Shown piece after piece: positions 34,886 to 46,282 of a stretch of 64,000 bases of DNA. The notes beneath the pieces are model-generated. The model ran no database searches. It worked only from the letters and a program-made list of their open reading frames with translations, and was not told the origin of the DNA. The position numbers were made by a program, and so were the translations under genes. The DNA comes from Eledone cirrhosa. Taxonomy: Eukaryota. The stretch is taken from assembly GCA_964016885.1 (NCBI GenBank), contig OZ024741.1, positions 372,806,001-372,870,000 of the forward strand, read 5' to 3'. Numbering within the stretch: the stretch's first letter is position 1; each line of letters begins with the position of its first letter.

Positions 34886-37065
34886 CATATCCTCATCATC
34901 ATTTTACATCTGCTTTTCCATGCTTGCATATGTTGGATTGTTTAATACTGTGTGTTTTGCTAGAAGTTTCCTGGATAGATGACCTTCCCACCACCATCAA
35001 CATTACAGTAGGAATTGGATGCATTTTATCATGCCACCAGCATTAGTGAGGTTATTTGTCAGGAGACAAAAGTACCCTATATCCTGTATCAATTTTAATT
35101 CAGAGTAATTGCTCTCCTAGACAGGCTGCTTTCTCCATGGCTTACAAAGTCCTCATTTACTCTCAGTAGTTTTATTTATTTGGAGTGATTGCTTCCCTAG
35201 ACAGGTTGCTTTCGCTGCAGCATAACAAGTTGCATAATTATATCTGGAGAATAAGACTATAATTGCATTAGCATAGGATGGTATGTGCATATTGTGTAGG
35301 GCTGACAAACATGCCAAGAGTTTTTATTAATATAGAAACTTCTGTGCATTTGATGGTCATGGAACTTAGAAGTTTGTTGTATATAATATATGCATCATGA
35401 GCTGAAAGATATCCAGCTGACACAGTGTAATTATCTATATAGATATGGAATAGCTAGCAAAGCTTTCCTGATATCATTAGTAATTAGTATGGCAGCTATT
35501 GTGTACAGCCTTAGTTCATTTGGACTATTTTTACTGCAGCCATCAAAAGAAATTTTCATCATATATGGATTAACTGGACAGCTAAATGTATATTAAGCAT
35601 CTTTAAATACAAACAACCTCCATATGTACTGTAAACTCACAATAATGGAATAACTGTATTTAAGTAGCTGGTTCAATTTGACAGTGGTATTGTTGGGATT
35701 ATTAAAAATATGAATGAATCAAAATTAATTTTCATTCCTATTTCAAGGAGGTCAACAATATATATAAGACTAATCATAAATGAAACAGAAAATAAGGAAA
35801 GAATATAATGGGCATGTAAGATAATACTTAAGATAGTAAAGTATATCTATTTTATGTTCCGGGACATTTCTTTTGTCTATCAACTGGAGATTGCAATGGT
35901 TTAGATATTAGATACATTCCAATAACATTGCTCATTCTAATAATCCTACATAACCTAGATGTTATCTTGTGAAGGCACATGGCTCAGTGATTAGAGTGTT
36001 CAGATTACAATCCTAAGGTTGTGAGTTTGATTCCTAACAGTGTGTTGTGTCTTTGAGCAAGACACTCTATTTCATGTTGCTCCAGTCTACTCAGCTGGAA
36101 AAAAAATAAGTTGTACCCGTACTTTTCAAAGGGCTAGCCTTGTCACACACTATGTCATGCTGAATGTCCCTGAGAATTACATTAACCCTTTAGCATTTAC
36201 ATTATTCTATATATACTATTGTATTTTCACAGTAAACACTTTATTTCACATAATTATCTCACATAGTATCGAATCTACAAGATTTTGACATTGATATCAT
36301 TTAACATAAGTATGAGCAGCTGGTTATGGTTGGTTTGAACAGAAAGAGGTGAGAAAATTCTGACCGGATATGTCCGGTTTAAACGCTAAAGGGTTAAGGG
36401 TACATGTGTTTGTAGAATGTTCATCCATGCAGGTTAATTTCCTGAGCAGGTTGTTCAATTGATCATATCAACTGGAACACTCACCAGAAGTAACGAAGGT
36501 TCAACACAAATGTTATCTAGCAAATAATATACTTATTCACCACAAAAAAGTAGATAAGTTATTGGCAGGATTGGCAGTATTAGTAGAGCTTCAGATACCA
36601 TGCTTTACAGCATAGTGTTATGGCCCTTTACATTCTGAGTTCAAATCCAGCTGAGGTTAACTTTGCATTTCATCCTTACGGGGTTGATAAAATAAAGCAC
36701 CAGCAATGCACTGGGGTAATTGCTGGCCTTGTGATAGAAATAGAAACAATTATTAAATTATCATTCTTTTACCTTAAAAAAAAAAGGTTTGATACTGAGG
36801 CGATGGAGAGGAGTTCCAGCTAGATTTATTCTTGTTCTCTCTTCTCTCTTTCTCTATCATGAAAAATTATGCTTCATAATTCCCCCAAAAATGTATGTGA
36901 ATTTTCATGAGGGTCGTAATAAAAAAAAAAAAATAAATAAAAAATTATGCGATTATTAATGAAAGTTTTAGTAAAGTTATATTTAGGAAAAGAAACACCT
37001 CAAAATTTCTTCATTTCTATGTAACTCATAAAGCCAGCCAACCAAATCTAGTTTATCTGTAGCTC

Positions 37066-37262
37066 TTGAAGTATCATCCACTTTCTGGTAGATTTGTCAT
37101 TAAACCTATTGCAGTGGAGATTTTTGGTGTTCTGGGTCCCTAAACCACCCCTCTAATTGCTGCTATTGGGACAGATTCAGCCACCTACAAGTTGAGATAG
37201 CTATTTCAATGCTTCTGCCTTATTATCCTCTGGGGCAATGCTTTCTCTATTCTGTCCACAGG
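37066..37262 (+). pseudogene. Relic of a CRE-like non-LTR retrotransposon restriction-like endonuclease C-terminus
   Basis: Reads KYHPLSGRFVIKPIAVEIFGVLGP*...IG...LFQCFCLIILWGNAFSIL, matching the pattern KY..L....F.P.AVET.G.WG...FQR.S..IQRGNA. Confidence 0.65.
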
Positions 37263-37789
37263 TAACATAGACATAGGATCCTGTACATCAGAGAGGCAGA
37301 GCAATCGAGTTGGGGTAGGGGATATGACAACTTTTCATTGACTAGTTCATGCTGTTACCATTGGCCAATGCATACAACCCTACATTTACTGAGTAATGTC
37401 ATTTCTACAACCATTACTAAACTGTTGCTGCAAGATTATATTTTCTTTGTTCTAGCTGTAGGTCTTTCTTTCCTGAATGAGACAATTTACTCTTTGCTTT
37501 CCTCTACAATTCATAAATAACAGGTTTTCTAATTCATGCTTGAATCTAATGGACATCGTTAGTCTAACTATAAACACTTCTTCCCAGAATGCACCTTCTA
37601 GTTTAATCCTTTTTACTCCTCTCTATCTCTATTTCTTTTGTTATAAGTTAACCTTGTGGTTAATTTTTCATACATAGACCATCTATTATAAGGTTCATCC
37701 CCATAAAATACACCACACTGCCCATATACATTGACTACGAGACATATTTTAGGGTTCTGATTTCTTCTGCAATCATAAAGTCTACTTTC

Positions 37790-38305
37790 ATTCACAGCCT
37801 TCTTCCACTCACAGCTCTCTTCCACTCAGAGCCCTCCACTATTCACACCCCTCTTCCACTCACACCCATTTTTCACTCAGAGCCTTCCACTACTCACAGC
37901 CCTCCACTACTCACAACTCTCTTCCACTCACAGCCCTCCACTACTCACAGCCCTCTTCCACTCACAGCCTGCCACTACTCACAGCCCTCTTCCATTCAGA
38001 GTTCTCCACTACTCACAGCCCTCTTCCACTCACAGCCCTCCACTACTCACAGCCCTCTTCCACTCACAGCCTGCCACTACTCACAGCCCTCTTCCATTCA
38101 GAGTTCTCCACTACTCACAGCCCTCTTCCACTCACAGCCCTCCACTACTTACAGCCCTCCTTCACTTACTGCCCTCCTCCACTGACACCATACTTCCTCT
38201 CACAGCCCTCTGACAGAGCCCTCCTCCACTCAAAGCCCTCTACCACTCACAGCTCTCCTCTACTCGCAGCCCTCTTTCACTCACAGCCCTCCTTCACTTA
38301 TAGCC
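37790..38305. repeat. ~17-bp C-rich minisatellite with a 102-bp higher-order duplication
   Basis: Units cactcacagccctcttc and ctactcacagccctcca. The variant block at 37961 recurs at 38063. Confidence 0.88.
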
Positions 38306-38889
38306 CTGTCTCTCATTGGTCTCACTACACTGACCCCCCCCCCCCCCCCCTCCACCCAACAATGTCACAGCTACTAACAAAAATAAACTGATGACACAGC
38401 ACAAATATAATGCTGTAGAATTCCCAGAAATAGTATATCACTGCTGGAAGCTATTTCAGTTCTTTTGAATGGAAATATCACCGCGGAAGAACAGAAGAAA
38501 TATTAAGAAAGAGAAATATTTGGAAACAATCTTAACAAATGTGATAGTGCTAGGTTCAATAAAAAGAAATACAAAATTGATATAATACCAAAATACCAAG
38601 GTTGTCCCACTTCCACACCAAATATATATAGCATTGTTAATCACAGCTTAATCCTCTCTATAACATTTACAATAAAGATACAAACATATGCACAAATAAA
38701 ACAAAGAGAAATAAAAAAAAAAGCACTCATAGAGAACAAATTTCATATGGACAGAACTTTATACACCAAATAAAGAGGAAGTGATGCCAAGTTGTAGAGC
38801 ATTAACATTCAATATTAATGATTATAATATTTCTGGGACTGTGCCAGATATTTATTTTTTTACTACAGTTACTATATAGTGAAGTAGAT

Positions 38890-39300
38890 GAGAGAGAGAG
38901 AGAGATGGGAGAGAGAGAGAGATGGGAGAGAGAGAGAGATGGGAGAGAGAGAGAGGGAGGGAAAGAGAGAATGGGAGAGAGAGAGATGGGAGAGAGAGAG
39001 AGGGAGGGAAAGAGAGAGAGTGTATGTGTGGAAGAGAGAAAGATACTGAGAGGGGGGGAGTGAGAAAGAGTGTGTGTGGAAGAGAGATAGATAGAGGGGG
39101 AGGGAGAGAGCGTGATAAAGTGAGTGGGAGAGAGAAAGAAAGAAAGAGTAAGTGGAAGAGAGAAAGAGAATGTGAGAGAGAGTGGGAGAGAGAGGGAGAG
39201 GGGGGAAGAGTGTGTGTGTGAGAGAAAGAGAGAGAGTGTGTGTAAGTGAGAGAGAGAGAGTGGGAGACAGAGAGAGAGTGGGAGACAGTAAGAGAAGTGC
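38890..39300. repeat. GA-rich polypurine low-complexity tract
   Basis: (GA)n with GT interruptions. Other microsatellites: (GAT)n 13072-13155, (AAT)n 15098-15226, (TA)n 4125-4218 and (GAA)n 42579-42650. Confidence 0.9.
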
Positions 39301-39896
39301 ATCCTTTTGTTATTTGTTCATGTCAGTAATGATGAAGGATCATTACTGTAAGCTAGTGTTTGCCAGACATGCCATCAGTAGTGAGAAGTGTGCTGTTTAT
39401 ATCTCTACACCATATTTACTGACATCACGAGCTTTTGTTATTGTTTTCCTCATAGAATCATCTGTAGTTTAGTTCTGGTTATGTAATTCCTGTTCTAGCA
39501 ATGGTGGTTTTATGTATGAATGACTAAAAGACATTTGAAACTTTGGTAAGTTGTTAATCATAAGAAACCTAGAGGGATCTTATCAACTTAGCTATTTTGG
39601 TTGTATAAGTTAATCTTGGGTCTCGAATGATCTCCAGCGCCCATCCCCATCCCCATACTTATTAATTATTTCTCAGATCCCCCCCTCCCCTCGTATTTCA
39701 ACCCCACCGCTTATTAAATTTTACTAATCTATCTCCAGCCAAATTTTATTTGAAATGGAAGCATTCCAAAGCTAACCAATAGTCATGAATCTAGGGTAAT
39801 GACCTAAGAATACAATTGTGAATACAAGTGGCCAAAATGGGATTCTTCTGAAGGGGTTTTGGAGTAATGTTATATGATAAAGTACGTTATCATATA

Positions 39897-41060
39897 CAGA
39901 AATTGTAATTGCCACCTTCCAGAGACTTGTCCATTGAATAACGAATGTTTGCATTCAAACCTAGTGTACAGGTGCTCGGTTGAGTCGGACAACCAAATCT
40001 GGCACTACATAGGCAGCACTGCAAACACCTTCAAAACTCGTTGGTACACGCATTGTTACGCAATAAAGCACCCCCAACACCGTTACGTAACGACTCTTGC
40101 CGACAAAATTTGGCACTTAAAAGGGAGTAACCGACAATACACCCTTAAATGGACCAAACTCTCACATGCTCCTCCATACCGGAGTGGGATGAAAACGTGC
40201 CCGTTGTGTAATAATGAGCTCTTCCATATCCTAAGCTCAGGCCACCAACTACTCAACAACAAAATTGAAAGGTCAATCTTTTGCCAGCATAAACTAAAAG
40301 CGAAGTTCTCACACTTCAAACCTTCAACTAAATCTTAACACTACCTCTCTTCCTTTTCTACCCTAAATAACAATTCTATACTCCTAAAAATAGACTATAT
40401 ATGAAATTTAATACTTTCTTCCTTCATCTATTCTCTGGTAAAACTTTCGCCTGTCCACTACCAACTGCCACTTAAAATTCTTCCTTCTCTCTCCCTCTAC
40501 TCATCACAACTTTTAGCACACAACTCTCCTCCCCTCCCTTCTTGTAACTTAACTATATTCTATACAAATCCTCTCACACCACCCTATCTCTTTCTCTTTC
40601 CCTCCCTCTACCTCCATCCTTTTTTCTCTCTCTCTCCCTCTCCTTTGCCCCTCTCTCTCTCTGTTCCTCTATCTTACACTACTACCCCTTATTTCATTTC
40701 CTAAGGTCATTTCAACTTTGTATTTTGAAAATTCGGATGCCACAGTATCTTTCTTGATTGCCTATTATTACATAGTGTAGCAATAATGGACTGAAATTCT
40801 GATGAAACAATTGTAAATACGTGGATTAAATCCTTTTGTAACTGTTTACCTTCGTCCTATTTCTCTTTTCTAATTATACTCCTCGTTTGTTCATGTTTCC
40901 ACTACAGAATCCCTACCAACCTGTCGAGTCACCTTAACGTATGTTGATAACTTTCCTCACAACTTGTTCTACCAAGCTTTGGAATATTCCTAATTACTGA
41001 ATCTATGCTCCTATCTGGTTGAGCCACCACTTCAACTTACGCCTTGGACATGGAAAAACA
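39897..41060 (+). mobile_element. 5'-truncated Penelope-like element (Neptune-type GIY-YIG endonuclease, open to the stop at 40338) with pyrimidine-rich 3' region and probable pseudo-LTR
   Basis: CNC....CPLNNEC...NLVY...YIGST...FKTRW..H...TTL..KIW.LK...LKW....Y....CPLC..E....LN....CQH. A hammerhead-like remnant ending GAAAC AATT GTA lies at 40740-40824. Confidence 0.88.
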
Positions 41061-41389
41061 TTACATCGGTATGTCCCTAAAGAATATACAAAAATTATCT
41101 ATGTTACAACTCTCCCTTATTATTTGGAATATTATTTGGGAGTAGTTAAACGTATTCTTATAATAATGATTTGATTATATTTCTTAACAACTTTAGTACT
41201 TTATTGCATTAAAGAGATGCTAGAGTTGAGAATTTGGGTTTAGTTATTTGTGATAATAATTATCTGGGAACATGCTTGCTAGATTGGGTTTACAAAGTGC
41301 AGGATATACTATTTTTTAGGACAACACATAACTATTTTAAGCTTTAAACATAAGAATTTGATTTAATAACATTAAATCGTTGTCATTGA

Positions 41390-41930
41390 CCAACCACATT
41401 GCAGTGTGAACTGGGTACTTTTTATCATGGCACTGAAACAACCTCCTTAAGGGTGGACTGAGTGTTTTTTGTCATGTCACCAACATGACCACCTTACAGA
41501 GTGGACTGGATGATTTTTGTCATATCACCAGCATGACCACCTTACAGGGTGGACTCGGTATTTTCGGTTGTATCACCAACATAACCACCTTACAGGGTGG
41601 ACTGTGTGGTTTTGATTGTATTACCAATATGATCACCTTACAAGGTAGACTGGATGTTTTTTGTTATGTCTCCAACATGACCATCTTACAATGTGGACTG
41701 GGTGATTTTTGTTGTCACCAACACAACCACCTTACAGGGTGGACTGGGTGTTTTTGGTTGTATTACCAATATGACCACCTTACAGGGTGGGCTGGGTGTT
41801 TTTTGTTGAGTCACCATTATGATCCCCTTACAGGGTGGACTGGGTGTTTTTTGTCATGTCACCAACGCAATCATCTTACAGGGTGGACTGGGTGTTTTTT
41901 GTTGTGTCACCAAAATAACCACTTTACAAG
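41390..41930. repeat. Degenerate 48-bp minisatellite of the RTE-UTR-derived family
   Basis: Unit about catgtcaccaacatgaccaccttacagggtggactgggtgttttttgt. A similar degenerate array lies at 11688-12130. Confidence 0.88.
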
Positions 41931-42619
41931 GGGAACACCAACTAAGTAAATTAGAACTTATACATAATCAAGCAATTCTTATGTATAACATTGATCCTCA
42001 ATTACCTTAACTTGAATGCAAACACATCTACACCAAAGCTAAACTATCCATGGACACTAGCGAATGCAATCTATAAGCCTTCACTTAACCTCACCCACCA
42101 GACACACATCATCATAAGACAAAGTAGAAACCAATGATACCTTTCATAACCATACCCAAACACTTCCAGCCTAACAACCACCATCTTAAACCAATAACTG
42201 TAATAGGGATGATGGACATCATCAGGCTACAGCTATTGTAGTACATGGTTTCTATATTACTCTGCAAATTTTTTATTTTGGGTTAATTTCTATCACTATT
42301 TGTTAGGTTTTTTAAATTTTGAGTTGCTCCATGTAGAACTGCTACCTCTCTAAATTGAGAGATCATTGCTCTGATATTAAGGGCATGTGGTTAGAATAGT
42401 TGGGCAGAACCAGCCGACAGGATACCCAGGGGTAGATCCCAAATCAAGATGGTTGGATAACATCCATGAACTTGCCGGTCTTCCTTGGGGATCCAGCTGG
42501 ATTAGCTGGAGACAGTTGCTTCTGACAGGACCCACTGGAATAAGTGTTTGAGGACACTGTCCCCACAACCCTCCCAAAAAGAAGAAGAAGAAGGAGAAGA
42601 AGAAGAAGAAGAAGAAGAA

Positions 42620-42650
<31 letters not shown>

Positions 42651-44826
42651 TCTATAACTTTTTGTTTTCTCATTAACATCTGAATCTATTGATTAAGTCT
42701 AATGTGCAAATACTTATATCTGATAAACCGTTGATTTAATTAGCTTGGTGCAGTTCATTTAGAATTTATATAGTTTAATGTGTTGCATTATATTAAAGTG
42801 GTTGGGAGAAAGTTTAAGTTGTGTAGTTGTTATGTGTTACATGATATAATTGTGTTTCAACAATGAGTGTTCCAGTTGTTTGATCAGTAGAACAGCCTGC
42901 TTATGAAATTAACATGTAAGTAGCTGAGCATTCCATAGACTCATACTTTTAACCCTTTAGCATTTAATCCGGCCATATCAGGCCAGAATTCTCTCACCTC
43001 TTTCTGTTCAAACTGGCTATAACCAGCCACCCATACTGATGTTAACCCTTTAGCATTTAAACTGGCCATATCTGGCCAGAATTTTCTCGCCTCTTTCTGT
43101 TCAAACTGGCTGTAACTGGCTGCTCATATTTATGTTAAGATATTGTTCTCAAAATAAATAATATCAAAATCTCGTAGATTCGATGTTATATGAGATAATT
43201 ATGTGAAATAAAGTGTTTACCATGAAAGTACAAATGTAAATATAGAGTAATGTAGCTGCTAAAGGGTTACAATAATTTTCATTTTGGCAGTATCAGTAGA
43301 GTGTCAGACATCATGCTTTGCATCATAGAGTTCTGGCCCTTTGCGTTCTGAGTTCAAATCCCTCTGAGGTTAACTTTGCCTTTCATCCTTAAGGGGTTGA
43401 TTTCATGAACTTTGCCCTTCCCTTTAATTTTCAGGCCTATGGTCTAAATTAGAAATGAATATTTAGTAAAGACAACAAGGAGAGAATACATCATCATCAT
43501 CATCATCATCACCATCGTTTAATGTCCATTTTCTACACTAGCATGGGTTAGACGGTGTTGTCCCATTAGAGGCAAGTTGTGTCGGGTGACCGTGTCTCGC
43601 TCATATAAGACTGCTTCTGGCTGGTTTTCTACAGCTGGATGCCCTCCCTAACGCCAACCACTTTACAGTGTGTGCTGGATGTTTAGCAATAGGAAAGAAT
43701 TTGGATTTGTTGTTGTTGTTGTAGGTGTAGGGGTTTAGCCCCAGGGTAGCTCTGTTTGTGCAAACCCATGACCAAAGGTATTTCAACCGTGACCAGTTCA
43801 TTCCTTTGTATATCTCGGACTACATTTGTGAATATGTCATTTCCTTTTTTCTTATGTTGGCCTCATCACATAATGTCATAAATTCAGTATATATGTATCT
43901 GATTTAGAATAGGTACACCCTACCCCTGTGTGTCATAATAAGCAACTAAAAGGGTTGGTGTAAGGAAGGGCATCCAGTTGTTAAACATCACCTCAAAAAA
44001 GTCCCAACTAACCTCTGCCAGCATGGAAAAGTGGATGTAAATGATACTGATGATGATGATGCTAGCTGTGAATTGAGATAATTTAGCAGTTGTTCCTCGC
44101 AAGTTGAGTGACTAAATAGAAGCCCTTATGTTGGCTATGGAGTATTAGCTTGCTTTTAAGGCAAATAACTTTTTCTTGAATACTAATATTTTTTAGTACT
44201 ATATAAGAGTGATTCTGTTTTCTGCAGATAAGCAAGTATTTACTTTTGTAGAGGTTGTTACCACATTATAACAGAACAGTTTCAAAGTACTTATTGATAA
44301 TAGTTACATAGGCTAATAATATGCGATTAAGGTCGCACTTAGAAGTTGAGAGTGTTTGTCTTCAGTGTACTTAAGGATATTAAAGATAATATTAATGTTG
44401 TAGAAAAAGAAGAGATTCAGGAAGATCCACATCCTCTCAGAGAGAACATAGGTGTTGATATAATACCAGCTTGAAAATATATTTTCATTTGTTGCAGTAG
44501 AACAATCAATAAACAAACAGCTAATCCAGAAAAAAAAATAGTTTAATAAGGAGAAAGTTTGCTTACACCTGTCCCTACATATCATCATCATCAACATCAG
44601 CATCACCATTTAACGACTATTTTCCATGGGTTAGATGGGTTGTTCACATTATGAGACATCTATATCCAGTTGGCCAAGCCATACCTTGCTCAAACAGAAC
44701 TGTATTTTGGTTGGGTTTTTCTACAGCTGGATGCCCACCACATATAGCCAAGTAACTTGAGGGCATGAGTAAATTGAGAGCAGTGTAGATAAATCAGTAT
44801 CAGGAGTAAGTTAAAATCTTTGGGAA

Positions 44827-45022
44827 CAGTGCTGGATTAACCATTAAACAAAATAAGCACATGCTTAGGGCACCAAAGGAAGAAAGGCACCATTTTATTC
44901 AAATTAATTGTATTTGGCACTAAATACAAAAAATATAAAATTGAAGACTTTATATATGGGTGGGGACACACATCATAATCTTTTAAATACTTAGGGTCTC
45001 AAAAAGACTTAATCCAGCCTTG
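44827..45022. mobile_element. hAT-type MITE
   Basis: TIRs CAGTGCTGGATTAA and TTAATCCAGCCTTG. The 8-bp flanks tttgggaa and atagggaa match at 6 of 8 positions. A partial relative lies at 29417-29475. Confidence 0.7.
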
Positions 45023-45373
45023 ATAGGGAACCACCAATGTTATCCAGAGGCACACAAATATTGTTCTTGAATGAAAACAACAAGTATGTTTTATTTCTGC
45101 TTATCATTTACTCTAAATATGTATATATTAACTCATAACATCCAATAATGATTTAGCAGAAAATATCTTTAAAATAAAAAAATAATAACAAGCTTGTTAA
45201 TTCAAATGTTTATAGTATCTTTACTAGTGGACAGATTGTTGTGGAAATTTGCAGTAAAATTACTGTAAAGGCTTTAACTTTTAATGTGATGCAGTTATAG
45301 TGCTATTTTGTACTTTTCAAGAATGTCTTGTCAATGTGGCTTCATGTGATAGAGGACGTTATGAGTTAATAAT

Positions 45374-45611
45374 GGTTTCTTATATAGGCACAAGGCCTGC
45401 AATTTTGGGGGAGAGGAAAGTCGATTAAATCGACCCCAGTGCATGACTGGTACTTTATTTTATCGACCGTGTAAGGATGAAAGGCAAGTTAACATCGGCG
45501 GGATTTGAACTCAGATCATAAAGGGCCGTAACTCTATGCTGCAAAGCATGGCGTCCGAACCTCTACCGATACTGCCAATCCACCGGCGGTAGATTGGCAA
45601 AAAGGGCGGTG
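45374..45611 (-). mobile_element. SINE family C copy with 16-bp TSD and inverted 5' extension
   Basis: TSD gttatgagttaataat at 45358-45373 and 45612-45627. Confidence 0.88.
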
Positions 45612-45699
45612 GTTATGAGTTAATAATAAAATATAGAATAAAACAAACCACTACCTAGAACACTATAAATATAATATTACTCCAAATATGATAAATTGT

Positions 45700-46199
45700 C
45701 TAAAGTCTGTCTCAAGCCCAGAGACTCATCAAGCCTGTGCTTATCCCGGTTTCTATGGCGTAAAGCAATGGAAAGTAGAAGACCCTTCTCTGGACAGGGT
45801 TAAACCACCAGCTACTGTTGGTACTCATTTTCAGCTGAGTATACTGGAACAACATGAAATGAAGTGTTTTGCTCAAGAATACAACACAACCCAGTCTATG
45901 AATCGAACCCACAGTATTATGATTTTAAGTCCAACACCCTTACCACTAGGCCACGCACCTCCACTGAGTATACTGGAGCAACGTGAAATGAAGAACACAA
46001 GACACAATCCAGTCAAGGAATCAAACCCATGCCATTAAGATCATAAGTCCAACACCCTTACCACTAAGCCACGCACCTCCACTGAGTATACTGGAGCAAC
46101 GTGAAATGAAGAACACAAGACACAATCCAGTCAAGGAATCAAACCCATGCCATTAAGATCATAAGTCCAACACCCTTACCACTAAGCCACACACCTCCA
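45700..46199 (-). mobile_element. SINE family B with two extra tandem 118-bp copies of its tRNA-like head
   Basis: The unit ccactgagtatactggagcaac...cccttaccactaagccacgcacct starts at 45961 and 46079. Confidence 0.85.
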
Positions 46200-46282
46200 A
46201 TGATAAATTGTATTAGTCATTATATCTATGTAGATTCTGCAGTTGCTTCATGGATGTCTTATACAGCTCATTAAGTCACTGT

